From Octopus vulgaris (lineage: Eukaryota), in assembly GCA_951406725.2 (NCBI GenBank), contig OX597815.1, positions 171,430,001 through 171,494,000 of the forward strand: 64,000 bases of DNA, read 5' to 3'. Of this stretch, positions 40,400 through 55,009 are shown one piece after another. A model generated the notes under the pieces. That model saw only the letters and a list, made by a program, of their open reading frames with translations. It did no database searches and was not told the origin of the DNA. Position 1 is the stretch's first letter. Each line of letters opens with the position of its first letter. A program made the position numbers and the translations under genes.

Positions 40400-41450
40400 A
40401 TACGACAATGTGCACGCAGGTGACTTCGGACCAGCTTCCGTTTTGCAAGCACATTCCCACATATAATACTTGAACTAAATGAAAAAATTATAAAAGAAGC
40501 TTAGATGCCCTCCTCAATTTTGTGGGAATATTTAAAAAGTCACCACACCATGAAAGCAAGAGCGAACCTTAAATGGAAAACTTTTAGAACCAATTTCAAT
40601 GGAAAACGAATTCAAACAGGCTGACATACAAGTACCAACTCCGATCTCCATATACTTTGCCGTGATACTAATGTAAGCGAAATCGGTGTTTACATGCGAT
40701 TCAGAATCTCTGAAAAAGTCTTCAATCAAAGATCTTTCAACACCAAGTCAAAAATAATTTGCACCATTTTCAAAGAGTCTCTTTATATTAATGATACAGA
40801 TCTAGAGGCTGACTTTGTAGGTGACATGTAGATGATAGTGGAAATTTTCCTTAATACGTGTAATGCATTTGGACTCAATACTAGTATGAAGCTGACCAAA
40901 ATCATGCACACTCCACCAGCTGGAGAAGTTTAGGTGTAGCTTAACTTCTTCGCGGGAGAAAAAATCTTGAGGTGGTGGACAGCTTTGTGTATCTCGGAAA
41001 TACGCTTAGTAGAGATGATATGCTTGACGCTGAAATAAATCAAAGGATTACGAAAGCTAGTGTTACTTTCGGGAAACTCGAGAAGCGAGTCTGATTAGAT
41101 CGGAGTATTATGACAAACACAATTCTCTCTGTGTACGAGGCCTATGTTCTCAGGCTTGCTATATAGGTGCGAGGAGTGGATAACCTACAGACATCATATC
41201 ACGTATTTGGAGAGGCTTTATCAATATTGTATCACACCTGATATTGTTATATTTGAGAAGGCGGGCAACACCAGTGTTGAAAGAAGAAAAATTTTGAATT
41301 GGATACGTTGAGTCGGTCATGGTGTCAGAATGACGGATGGAAGTGTGTGTGAGTGTTATAATTCGCTTGAAATATTGCAATATCGAAGAAGGGAAAAACG
41401 AAAAATAGGAAAGCTTCGCACAATGCGGAAAGTTTTACAAAATCTTTATA
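40400..41450 (+). mobile_element. Degraded RTE-clade LINE reverse transcriptase fragment
   Basis: VVDSFVYLGNTLSRDDMLDAEINQRITKASVTFGKLEKRV peptide at ~40970-41095. Confidence 0.75.
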
Positions 41451-42471
41451 TTTCAGGGATATTATAATACACGCCACCACCACCACCACGTGGTTATTCG
41501 TAGCAACAACCAACGATCGGAGAGTTATCTACACCAACAAGCCGGTAACATTTGGAGAGTGACTGCTATTGCTGTTAACGCCGTCACATCCGACGGATGA
41601 TGGGTTGCCTGCAGAAACAGTTGGAAGTTTGTATACACCAGTGCTTGGGAAGTCGATTACACCGACATTTGGGGAGTAACTACTTCTGCAAACAAAACAA
41701 TGAGGGATTTGAATGGGTTAACGGAACCTGCATAACAAGTCATTTTTCAGACTGTTTCTCATGCAAAGGATGTCATAACCAAAGTAAAACATTTAGAAGT
41801 TTCAGGTAAGTACTTACTTATACTTGTGACGGCGTTCACCCAGGGCGGGTTGAGCCGGCTTCTTCTCTGCTCCTGACGGCATCACGAACATAGAAGAAGT
41901 TTCGTGGGAATATTGAATTCACAAGCGGTCCCCGACATCCCGCATGCATATTCCGAGTGACGGGACGCCCTGTGTGCCGCGGAGTCTCCACAGACGCAGG
42001 GACAGAACGACCTCGAAGCCGCCGGTTGCCGATCAGACGCCTCTTGGAATTTTCACCGCCAGACCAATCTACCTTCGGTGGCCCTACCAGGAACTGAAGT
42101 TCCCGACGGCATAGCTCTGACACTAACCGTTTACACCACCCTACCGCTTTGAGGAGGGGTTTGAGTTTAGGGTAAGTATACTGTATACAATATTCTGCAT
42201 TGTATGACATCCTTAAAGTAGCAAACATTTATCTCATAATCTTTGATCTTTAGTTTTTTTAATTTTTATATATTTATTTCCTTTGATTTATTTATATATT
42301 ACTTATTTATTGCAGGGCCATAATATGCATCCTGATTACACTTGAGGACCTCTAGATTTTCAGCTGCCAATCACCAAATTCTCGCTAAGGAAAGAAAACA
42401 TCGTAATACATTTCAAAAACCTTGGACATGAAAACCAACAGAATTGTTATTGATATAAAACAAATTCAAGC

Positions 42472-42648
42472 TCTGTTGTGTCTGGGGAGAGTCATTTTCT
42501 TTTTGTGCCTTATAATGTAACACACTCACCGGTAAAATTTCCTCTTATTTCTTATTTTTATTTTTATTTTCCTAAGTGGAAATTTTACCGGTGAGTGTGT
42601 TACATTATAAGGCACAAAAAAAAAATCACTCTCCCCAGACACAACAGA
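42472..42648. repeat. Near-perfect hairpin (~70-bp arms, ~35-nt T-rich loop), MITE-like
   Basis: tctgttgtgtctggggagagt...caccggtaaaatttcc / ggaaattttaccggtg...actctccccagacacaacaga. Confidence 0.9.
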
Positions 42649-43057
42649 ATATGCTTCAACACACGAACTCATATAAAGAATCTTGCAAACCAAATCCAAA
42701 AACGAAACAAATTCAAACGTTTTACTTTTATTTGAAAACAAAACAAGATTTATTACTGTAGAAAAGACATATACAGTAAAGCAAAATTGAATCAAAACAA
42801 AATTAAGATTTTAACCTCTCATTGAATTTTGAAAAATAAAAAAATAGAGAGCATTTATATTTAAAAAAATGTATAATTAGGCCGCTTAAAGATGTGGTTG
42901 TTTGCGTAAATGAAATATCATGTATACGTGTGTGAATATATATGTATGTGTCTGTATGTGTGAGTGTGTGCATTTATGTATATATGCATTATATATCTAT
43001 ATATTATACACATATATAAATATTATATACTTACATACCTATATACATATATAATGC

Positions 43058-43096
<39 letters not shown>

Positions 43097-43165
43097 GTCA
43101 GTGGTTCATATACACGAAAAAGAAACACACTATAAAGCGTGAGAGCAGTAACATATATTTTTTTA

Positions 43166-43332
43166 GGAAGTTAGATGTTATGGCCGGTGATAGAGTGGCC
43201 GGCCCTTGGTTTTGCACCTATAAGGCGCTTAGCAGTATAAGTGACTTCGGCGATTTGAGTCTGACGAATCGCCCATACTACAAAGCGCTTCATGGATGCA
43301 AAACCAATGGCCAGCCATAACGTTTAACTTCC
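43166..43332. mobile_element. Foldback MITE flanked by TA
   Basis: Whole element is an imperfect hairpin: ggaagttagatgttatggccgg...ttggttttgca / tgcaaaaccaatggccagccataacgtttaacttcc. Confidence 0.7.
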
Positions 43333-43344
43333 TATACACACATG

Positions 43345-43375
<31 letters not shown>

Positions 43376-43826
43376 ATGTATGTATGTATGTATGTATGTA
43401 CGTACGTATGCATGCATGTATATATAGGTCGTACATGTGATTGCATGCATGTGTCCGTGAGTGTATACGTGTGCTTTTGAAAGTAAGAGTGGGGCATCTT
43501 TTTTACATGTCAAACGTAGCGATGTTAAACGATATAGATTTAAATGCTTGGTCGATTTATGAAGCAGTTTTGTGTTTTGGTGGGATTTTGTTTGGGTTTT
43601 TTTCCCCCTTATTTGTTATCAGACTCAGTTTAAGAAAATAATAAATTTAGATGTTTGATAAGCCGAAGAAGCTTAACTGGCATTTATGGAAGTCGTAACC
43701 AAGATATGTGTTTAATAATCAGCAATAAAATAGACTACTTCGTTGATGTGAAACTGGGACACGTTAATATAACTGACATCACTAATTGATAATTTATTGT
43801 TTATGTAATTATTATTATCATCATCC

Positions 43827-43857
<31 letters not shown>

Positions 43858-44269
43858 CATTATTACTACTACTTCTACTATTATTATTATTATTATTATT
43901 ACTATTATTATTATGTTTTCAACATGTTTCACACAAGTTTTTGCCACTCCATCAAATGGACTTCTATGTGACTGTGGTGCTAGCAGAGTTGTATTTTGGT
44001 TGTGTAAAGTTGTGTTTGAGTTAGCATAACTGTTTTGCTCTGTTATGCAGTTTCGTTACTTTGTTTATGGAGTTGATTTAATATTTCAGCTGTCATGCAG
44101 ACGATTTGCTATGAGAGTTATGTTATTTTATTGGGTTGTAGTAGAGTTTGTGAAAATAATTATTATAATTACTATCTGATAGTGGTGTCCTGTGTGTTTA
44201 TTTTCATCCTGCCTCTAGTTTCTAATTAAACCCAACTATTTTTAAAACACTAATTTCTTAAATAATTCT

Positions 44270-44811
<542 letters not shown>

Positions 44812-45944
44812 AGAAGAAGAAGACGAAGAAGAAGAAGAAGAAGAAGATGTAAACGGTGATATAAAAGAATAATCCAAGAACCTTTTAGAAGCCTTAAAGT
44901 AGTTGGTACGTTTAGGTTAGGGACCTAAGAAATACAGCACTTCCTTGGTGGATTATTTGCTTTTACTGCTTATTAATCCTTTTTTTTTTAATTTCATAAT
45001 TGGCAGTAGCCATGAATTTACGGGATATTATTGAATAATCCCTACTTCCCAAGCAGATAAAGTAATGGTGCAATATCTCATCTCCCAACTGAGATCAAAC
45101 CGACTTCTTCAGGATCTGAAGTCTGAAGTCATTCTTATTAATAAATGCTGCGGCTGCTAGCAGCATTAAGCAGAATTATTAAATGAATTAGTCTGATGAA
45201 GCTTTTATTAATATTATTGAAAGCTGATGAAGCTAAAATTAATTAACAAAGCTTGTCAGCCAAGCTGATTCTTCGCTACATAAAGATTATATTCTCTGAA
45301 GGGAATTATTTTAAATTATGTTTTTAATATTTAACATAAATCACTCGAAAAGAGTGAAAAGGGAAAATACAGAATGAAAGAAAAGAAATATATTAATAGA
45401 GTAAATGAAAGATGTGATCTAGAAATTAATCAATTTAAAATTTTTTTTTTTAATTCCGGAGTTTACATTGACATGAAAGGGGTAGGTTGTGATCCCAAAT
45501 TAGAATAATGAGAGATTTCATTTTTCTGTTAAATGGAGAAACCTCTGTTATATTGGGTTGTTAAAAAATAAAGAGCATATGAAGAGTGGGAAAAAGAAAG
45601 CGATATTATTGTAGTTTCTGAAGAAAAAAGACAATTTTTGTGGATCTTTTGATGGGCTGAGTATGTTTGAAGAAGTGAATAATAAGTAGAGCAGAACTTC
45701 AGGAGACATCATATGAATCTCAGACATGCTTCACAACAGGTTTTCTTTTATCGTATATCGATAAATTAGACTTTTCAAATACATTCCATATTTTGCTTGA
45801 GTTTTTCACCTTTTACGAATTTTATGCGCATGCTTCCTTTCGTTGAAGACAATTTTTCTGTAAAGAGGAAATATCTGTTCATTCCATGATGTTTATAGCG
45901 ATAACATGCTCCTTCACTTGCGTTTTCCAAGCGAAGCTCTCATG

Positions 45945-47151
45945 TTAAGTATGAACATTAGAACCAACATCTGCTGGTTCTTTATTCTTCACTTCATTCT
46001 TTTCCTTATAAGCCTTCCACAGATAATGTAATAAGTCTCCGGCAACTAAATCTGTAGAATTCTTTGCTATAACACGTAGGACCAAAAAACCATCGTCTCG
46101 AAGATACTCCTTCGTAAATTTTTGACATAGTTTTCTGTCCTGTTTTGTCTGGATGGAATCCCACCATCGAATGTATTTAGTGACATAATCAATATGAGCC
46201 TGGGAGAAAATGAAGCGATAGAACCAGGACAAAAGATTAATGCATGAACATGCAGCGACAAACACAAACCAAAACCACAAAAAGATGAATATTTTTTCGT
46301 TAAATAAATTGATTGGTAAAACACATTGAACGGTGTATCTTTGAAGATTTTGTAATTGACGAATTTGCAAGTCACACAGTGTTACTCTAGGGAAACGTGG
46401 ACTTTCTTGCCAAACAGTATTACTGGCTAAAGAATTTAACACTTCCAGTCCGTAAACAGTATAATCGGTTGCCATAAAAGCATTCAGAAGGAAAAATTGG
46501 CCAATTACATTAGCCACGTAGAGCATTTTCACAAAAACATAGAGGCCAGTAAGAAAAGTACCCTGGCGACGGGAACACAGAAAGCAACACATCCTCGATG
46601 ATCTTTGTCGTAGTTTAACAAGGAAATTGAGTTTATATTCACGATAAGCTTCAAGCCAGCGTGTGAGAAAATGAGCTATGTTTTTAATGGTTTCCTCACG
46701 ATCATCTGGGGAACCTAACTGAGTCTCTTCAGCCATTGACACAATTTTATCAAGGTTTAATCCTGATAATTCGTGCGTTGATGTCCAAAGTATATTTGGA
46801 AATTTAAACATGAATGCTTGAAACAGTAATATTAGTGGCACCCACTGGTAGTAAGTTATTTGTTTGTCCTCTCGCTTGCGAATTTCAACTGGTATAACGT
46901 CTGTCATCGGTATGTAGTAAGTGTTGGCAATCCAACAGTAGGATTTGGTGTAGTCGACAAAGGCATCTGTGAACTCGGCCGGGCACCAACATTGAATAGC
47001 ATCTCCGACATACTGACCTGTGCTAATTATGACCGCAAAGATGACCAATAACACGACAGTATAAAGATGGTTAAGGCGATCAACCCAGTCGTCATTTATG
47101 CTACCTCGTACTCGAGAGTAACTGCCAAAGTTTTCAATCAGTGAGCTGATC
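45945..47151 (-). CDS. inx: Innexin (invertebrate gap junction protein), main coding exon of 401 aa plus one base; the first codon(s) come from an upstream exon
   Basis: DDWVDRLN, IQCWCP, SYCW, YYQWVP signature, FPRVTLCD, QCVLPINLFNEKIFIFLWFW, four hydrophobic segments. The ORF track's first 20 aa are intron: branch-like ctaat, polypyrimidine tract, tattag| acceptor at 47152. Confidence 0.97.
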
Positions 47152-47509
47152 CTAATACGAAAAGAAAAACAAAAGAAATACATTAGAGACCTGAAGATAA
47201 AACACTGCAATTAATGTATAATAATATATTACATTTGATAAAATATGTGTGTGTGTGTCCGTATATGTCTGTGTGTGTATGGGAGTTGCACATCAACCAT
47301 TTCCATTTCTATACCTACCTTTACTTCACATCCTTTGAATATCGCTAATATCCATTTGAATACCTGTGTAATCCATTACATGAATTTAACAATTAATTAA
47401 CATGCTTTAAACAGTTCCCTGCAACTGAGTATTTGACATTTTAATGTTAACACATAGTAAATCAAAACTTGATAAGACTTGATATTTTCGATTAGTGAAC
47501 ACTCGCACT

Positions 47510-47555
<46 letters not shown>

Positions 47556-47662
47556 TAAAATAGAAAGAAAAAAACAGAGAAATTGAGAAAAACGAGAAAG
47601 CATGCAGACGGACTTAAGGTAAGAAATGAAACACAAAATTTGCGACAGAGAAATATTGTACT

Positions 47663-47697
<35 letters not shown>

Positions 47698-47761
47698 GAG
47701 ACCAAAGACGAGAGGCACTGGTAATTGCAGAGGTAGATGCTGCAACCCAAAGAGTGAAATT

Positions 47762-47849
<88 letters not shown>

Positions 47850-48157
47850 ACGTGATCGACCAGACTATCGAATGTTACTATGCATCGTTCGTCACAATGC
47901 ATTTTGCATCATTTTAGCTTTCGAATGATGCTACCACGCTGGCTAGGCAAGCTGGCCAACATTGCCCCTGATCGGAAGGCTAGTCCATCGCAGGGTTAGC
48001 CATTTACAGTTGAGTAGACTGGAGCAACGTAAAATGAAATGTTTTGCTCAAGAACACAACGTACAACCGGTCTAGGAATCGAAACGTCGATCTCACGATC
48101 GTGAGTGCAACATTCCTGACCACTAGACCACTCGTCGCTACACAAAGAGACACGCAC

Positions 48158-48268
<111 letters not shown>

Positions 48269-49179
48269 TTCCTCTTATGACTTGAGTTTCACGCAAAGGT
48301 GTTCTTCAGGCAGGCTTTCCGTGTTCTTACTCAGTTTATATACTTGAGTGACTTAATTCTTTTGTAAATGGTTATCAATCTCACTGGCTGATTTGTAATC
48401 GTTATGCTTTGTGGCAATCGTCTCTGGCTGTCGTTTCATTTAATTCGATGTTTTTGTTGTTTTCATTGGTCGTCTTTGTTGCTGATTTATCTGTATCGCA
48501 TTATTGCTTTGATGTGTTTTATCTCATTGCTGATTGTTTTATCTCATTAAAATCCTGACAAATAACGTTACCAATACTAAAAACTATTTTTGATAAGGTA
48601 GCCCTCTATAACAATGACCTAGCTAACAGTGGCTTTAAAGATAAGATATATTACTACCCTTCTAGTAAAAATATCAATGAGGAAAACTGACCTAAAATTA
48701 GACCTAGGAAAATCATTTGGTACATTCCACTATTTCTCCCTAAATATTTTATCTAATTTGTTGTATTTCTGACACATCGTTTTTCTCACTTTCAGTAAGT
48801 AATTCCGTATACTCTTTGGTTAAGTATGTTTGCGATGAGCTTATTTACATGTCCCTTAATTGGTTTTATTTATATTTTTAGAGGAAGTTGTTCCATGCGT
48901 GGTTGTTCTATCTATCTATCTATCTATCAGATCTTGTGGTTGCCTAAGATATGCCGAAGTCTGCGTTTTCTGCTTTTGTTGAAAGCGTTTGTGAAATTAT
49001 TTGTGTATGTTTGTGTCTGTGTGTATGTATGTGTAACAGAAAATGTGTACATGTGTGTGTATTGACTGACTTCGAAGTTTCGGCCAGCTAAGATATAGTC
49101 CGACGATGACTAGGCTAGCCGCAACTTCGAAGTCACAGTCAACAACATTCTGGTTTTAGAATAATAAATTTATACTCTA

Positions 49180-50340
49180 CAAAAGTGTAACCTTTCAAAT
49201 TAATGTAAAGTTGTTTTTATTATTACTTAACATAAAAGCAAACATTACTATATAGTCTTTTGGCAGATTAGTAGTATTTATCAAGATAAATTTGGGGAAA
49301 AAACTCATTGATAACTTTAAGACAATTAGGCCTCAAAATCATTGTTATTACCGATCTGTCAAAAATCGATTTGTTAAATATTTCCCTAGATCTAAACTCC
49401 CAATCTTATAACCCGTACCATAAGCCAAACAAAAAACTCTCCTACATGCACAGTCCTGTCACCTTCCCCCCACCACCATAGTGTTTAAAATCCTGATAGA
49501 TAACGTTACCAGTAGGATATCAAGCCTCTCTTCTAAAAACTGTTTTTGATACGGTAGCCCTCTACTATAACAATAACCAAGCTAACAGTGGCTTTCAAGA
49601 TAAGATATATTACAACCCTTCTAGTAAAAATATCAATGATAAATACTGACCTAAAATTAGACCTAGGAAAATAATTTGGTAAATCCCACTATTTCTCCTT
49701 AAATGTTACAACTAACGTATGAAAAAAGTTTCTGTCTCTTTTAAATAAGTATTTCCTAGAACATCACATGTACATACTCACAGTAAAATTTTACAGCTAC
49801 TCCCGTAATATGAAAAACATCATCACCCGTCAACATCAAGAGTCCACTCTCAGTTGTAACTGTCAAGACCCCGGAACTTGCTCACTTGACCAGACGTGAT
49901 AAATTCCGTTGTATAAGGAACAGAGGTAATAGCAACGCTTCATGATTAAATAACTGAAAAAAGAATTACATGGGATTACGCGGAGGTGACTTCAAAAGAC
50001 GTTATGCAAACCACTTATCTTCTTTCCGGCATATCAACTAAAGTAAATACACTAAGTTGGCTAGCCATGGGCGGTGCTTGAAGATCAACTCTACGTCACA
50101 TACAATCAAGTGGAAAATCGTAGAAAAATCCATGCTATATATCAATGGATCTAAGAGGTGCAACTTAAGCGTAGCCGAACGATTGCATATCCTCTTTTTA
50201 GATCTAAGAATTCCACCGCACTGCTGATTCCAGATCAGAAATTTCAGCAAATGCAAATATATGGACAAATTTCTCTTGACGAATTGGACGACAACATTCT
50301 CTCCGGATTGGGCAGCTGTATCGCAGATTTTAGACTCTTC
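49180..50340 (+). mobile_element. Degraded Penelope-like RT/GIY-YIG region; a duplicate piece lies at ~48550-48750
   Basis: Broken frames with FLDLN, YNPYHKPN, RKIIW, FKRRYANHLSSFRH and IKWKIVEKS; related to 56420-56980. Confidence 0.7.
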
Positions 50341-50379
50341 TCCATTGAATCATTCTACAACTACACACACACGCACACT

Positions 50380-50429
<50 letters not shown>

Positions 50430-50432
<3 letters not shown>

Positions 50433-50815
50433 CAACAACTACCCCAAAAGTATACTATCCATTCCAATTATGAAGAAGAGAGAGAATGAGGCCAATAAAC
50501 TGTCCACAATCTGTCTACCCTATGTGAAAGGCCTCTCCGAAAAGATACAAAAGATATGCGGCCCATATGACATCGAGACAGTATTCATGAGTAATACAAC
50601 ACTTCGCAAATATCTCCTTCGAGTAAAACCACCAATAAAAGAGAATATGACCAAAGACTGCGTGTACTCCATCCCATGCAGCGAATCATGCAGCCCACTC
50701 AAAATAATGGTAGACGAACATCCCAAAGCTGTGACACGAGGAGATATTGATAAATCGGGTATAGCTGACCATGTATGGAAAAATGGAGACCACCTCCCCC
50801 TGTGGAACCGGTATT
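50430..50815 (+). mobile_element. Penelope-like fragment (RT thumb/linker to GIY-YIG)
   Basis: ICLPYVKGLSEKIQKIC...VYSIPCS...KSGIADHVW. Confidence 0.8.
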
Positions 50816-50939
50816 AAGAAAGGATAGAAAAATATTAGATTTATAAGCCCTAAAATTCACTCCATAATCGCACATATGGCGTAGTTGTTAAGAGCGCGGG
50901 CTACTAACCTCAAGATTCCGCAGTGACAACAACAACAAC

Positions 50940-50994
<55 letters not shown>

Positions 50995-51044
50995 GCATCG
51001 AAAAATACCTTAGGAATGAGAACCCAAGTTCGAAATTTCCCTAA

Positions 51045-51090
51045 GACACCTGAAGAAGGCTGGAGGGTATATCAGCCGAAACGTTGTGTT
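51045..51090 (+). ncRNA. Minimal type I hammerhead ribozyme motif
   Basis: gacac-CTGAAGA-a-ggctg(gagggtatat)cagcc-GAAA-cg-TT-gtgtt; just downstream of a Penelope fragment. Confidence 0.7.
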
Positions 51091-51766
51091 AACAACAAAC
51101 AAGATGAGGACAAATATCTGTCGAATGTAAATAATGTACATAATTCCTCATCTCTTAAATATAGAACTGTAGAGTCTACAGAGCAATCAAATAGATAGCT
51201 AGCTAGCAGCTTATAAATCAAAGGAACAAAAGCGAGAAAAACAGGACATATGAATTGACATAACTAGTAACAACTAGATCATCACGAACAAAACAGTGTA
51301 CGGGTGTAAACGTCAAGCGTAAAAAACATCTAACGAAAACAATTACCTACACGGTATTTGAAACAACTGAAACTAAACTAGAAAGACAGTATAGCGGAAA
51401 TAGAACTAACAACACACCGAAAAGCAAACCCAAGAAAAAACAATCCTCATGTTTAAATTGCAGTGGTATGAGAGAAACAAAATTTAATTCAAATAACTAA
51501 TATACCCTACGGCGTATCTTGTACACTTTTTTCCTCTTTTGTTGACGAACTAAACAATGAAAACATTAATATTTAAGGAAACTTTTCTTTCAAGCACATA
51601 TGGACACATGTACACGTAGCCCATTAGATTCATATCTATTCACTGTGGCGGAGAGACAATTTACATTAAACAATATAAAAAGTCTGAGAAAGGAAACATC
51701 AAAATTGGAGCTTCTTCATTATTACCCTATGTTAATGAAACTGAACCAAAAGGAAGAAATAAAGCC

Positions 51767-51844
<78 letters not shown>

Positions 51845-53594
51845 CTTACTATAAAGTGAGCACAAGTGTGTACCTACGCTGCTACATGTATATATAAATA
51901 TAAAAAAATGGAACAAAAATGTAATAGAGGACAATAAAACATTCGGACAAACAGACGATACAAAGGCGGATAGGAGAAACAATAATTTGAAGGACAGGCA
52001 AAAAAAGGACAGGTCATTCGTGACCTTCTTTCTTCAGTCAAATTACCAGATGTCCTTACTGTTTCGGGCAATTACACTTGAGACAGTTCGATCTGGTTGC
52101 TCCCAAAAAAGCCTAAGCTAAGAGCATTAGATCTTTTGTAAGAAAGCTAGCAATGTGCACAGCAACAAAGACAAAAAACGGAGAACATGGTACACAATTA
52201 CAAACACAAACAACAAGATTATAACAACAGGTGTCTTTCGACTGAGAATGAATCAAATTGAGCTGGCGAGTATGATGTGAAAGCCTAAAGGCAGGAACAG
52301 AGGAGATGGATATAAGAGGTGTTCTCCGTTTTTTGTCTTTGTTGCTGTACACATTGCTAGCGGTCGACAGTCAGGCCAAGAAAGAAACATCATGACTGGT
52401 CGGACACCAGTCACGTGGAAGGAGGAGAGAGGGGTTGGAGGCAGCGGGATTGAAGGACTAGAAAAGAATCAAAGAGACAAAGGGAAAGGTACAGGGGAGA
52501 TAAACGAGGAGGAAAAGTGGAAGTTAAAGAAAGAGAAGGCCAAGAAATGTGAGAGACAAAGGGAGCTAGAAAAAGAAAAGGGGGAGAAAGTATGAGGGGG
52601 GACTAAAAGATAGAGTAAAAGAATCATATATACATATATATATATAATAATTTCACCCAGCTCTATTAGACTTGAAACATCGTGGGCACGTACGACGTGT
52701 ATGTCTCATCAGCAATCAGTGGAAGTGTTTGATATCTGAGGCGAATTCAAAATGGTTTCAAAATGTTAGTCCTTTATCGCTCAGCTCAGGTCATGTGGTG
52801 TTAATGTAACAAGATGCATTATCATATGTATAATATATACAATATATTATATACCAAAGTGTCAATAGTATCCTGCCAAATTTCTATCCGAGCATGTGAT
52901 CCTAAGAACAAAGAAAATAGCTAGTGTCGCTTCCACAGCATTAACACCACGTGACTTAGTTGACGAATTGAAACATAACATATAGAAGCCATGTTTCAAA
53001 TTTCTCACTCTTCTGATTTCTAATGAGCGGGACTCACTCTATGTACCCACGGAAGTTTAAGTCATATGGAACTGAATCAAGCTGTTATTTAAAAATAGAT
53101 GTAACCCTTATCAACTCTGTTGAGAGCCACTTTTCCGTTTGTCCACTCATTCGTATACATACACACGCACACACAAGCACATACACACACGAATGTATGT
53201 GTACGCACATGCATATATATGTACGTATGTACGCATATACGTGTCTAACCATACATGTATGTATGTATGTATGTATGTATGTATGAGAAAGGGTTTTCTC
53301 ATACAGTTGCGGGTGATGATTTTTAATTCATAATGTAATGCATGAAATAAAAATCAGATGAAGAGAGAGTGACAAACATACATGTACACATATACAAACA
53401 TGTATTATAGACAGCCACTCAGGCTCAAAAACATAGGCAACACAAACACAGACAATAACACACTTATACATACGCACGCGTGTACTACCATTGGCAACTT
53501 TAAAACGTAGATCCACCTACGTCGACGAACAGAAAATTTACATTAAACAAAAATAACGAAGCAAGAAATAATACATCAGCAGTTTATAACTGAA

Positions 53595-53905
53595 CAAGCA
53601 GTATCGCCCGGCGTTGCTCGGATTTGTTTCGACCCTTTAGAATTGGAATTTTTGAAAAGTAAAAATTTTGCATTATGTAGCTTGTTATTCTCTTTAAGTG
53701 AACATTTTTCTGGTTGAAATACAGCGAAAAATGGTCTTAACATGGTCCGATTTGAATTTTATCTTCTACAGAATGAAGAGCAAGCCTTCTTCTATCATAC
53801 TCTCAATTTTGGTCAACTTTCGCCGCAGCGTCTCGGAGGAGATAGTGTTAGTTGCAGGCTACCAAACCTACCACACACAGACAGCTTCAGCTTTATATAT
53901 ATAGA
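53595..53905 (-). mobile_element. Non-autonomous Helitron (family D), internally deleted
   Basis: Reverse-complement homology to 3286-3647; 3' end mutated to CTTG. Confidence 0.8.
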
Positions 53906-54794
53906 TTAGGCACGGTCAACTTATTTCGAGAAGTATGCTGCATGAGACATGGTTCATCATCAGGTGAACTGCACTACTAAAAATATTCAAGGTCATTTTT
54001 CGTTAGGCAAGATCATTCAAGGAGTCTCACAGGTCGCAGTTCGATTATGATTGAACTAAATTAGCAGAAATAGTTGTTTTTGCCGTTGTGTAATCCTAAT
54101 CGAGAAGACCACACAGAGATAAATAACCATACAGAAATAAATACAACACAAAGACACTGAAATACTTTATATTTTACGCTTGGGAAAATTAGTTTGAGAA
54201 CCATTAAACAATTATGATCGATTTAAGTATCACTATAAAAATTATCAGCGGACGAAGACAGAATGATTCACACATATACAAACATATACATAGACAGTGA
54301 CACATGCAAACACACAAACAGGCACTCAAACATGTAGGGACTGAGATATGCATAAGCACAAGTAGAATATATGATATTTTTCTTCATAATAAACAGCTAG
54401 AGATTGAGACCATGTAAATAGATAAAAACGATAATTTATAATTCATATTATTATGACAAGGAAGGAAAACAAACACACAAACCAACGCAGACATTAAGCT
54501 CTCATATTTCGTCCACTCTGCTCTCACAGACACGTACACAGCCATATTTCCAGTATATTATAGTTGATATTAAAATATGCGGATTGATGTTTTTTTCTCA
54601 AAATGATGACTGTGAGAGTTGTGTGAAAAACATCGATTCCATTGAACGAGTATCTACAATGGAGCTAAAGATGCTAGAAATAACACTCACGTCTCCATCA
54701 AATCACACACCCGCCAGCAATGCTCCTGCGATTGTATGTTTCTTTGCAAATCTATATATGGAAGTAAGCTTCCATATATAGGTGTTTGTGTGCA

Positions 54795-54830
<36 letters not shown>

Positions 54831-55009
54831 TGTATGTATGTATGTATGTATGTATGTAGGTAGGTAGGTAGGGAGGTAGGTAGGTAGGTAGGTAGGTAGG
54901 TAGGTAGGTAGGTAGGTAGGTAGGTAGGTAGGTATGTATGTATGTATGTATGTATGTATGTATGTATGTATGTATGTATGTATGTATGTATGTATGCATG
55001 TATGTATGT

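Noticed and set aside
41590-42180. Plus-strand cag|gtaagt donor at ~41806 and the GC-rich 130-aa minus ORF
   Set aside because: No recognisable domain or partner splice sites; adjacent to RTE debris and probably transposon-derived.
45190-45275. Repeated ctgatgaagct downstream of the innexin stop as a hammerhead
   Set aside because: No properly placed GAAA, stem III, UH or stem I pairing.
47152-47210. N-terminal MQCFIFRSLMYFFCFSFRIR of the 421-aa ORF
   Set aside because: Starts at TTG and is the branch point/polypyrimidine tract of an intron.
50875-50925. tRNA-like sequence ggcgtagttgttaagagcgcgggctactaacc
   Set aside because: Truncated before the T arm; a SINE head remnant. The SINE A, B and C heads were likewise not called tRNA genes.
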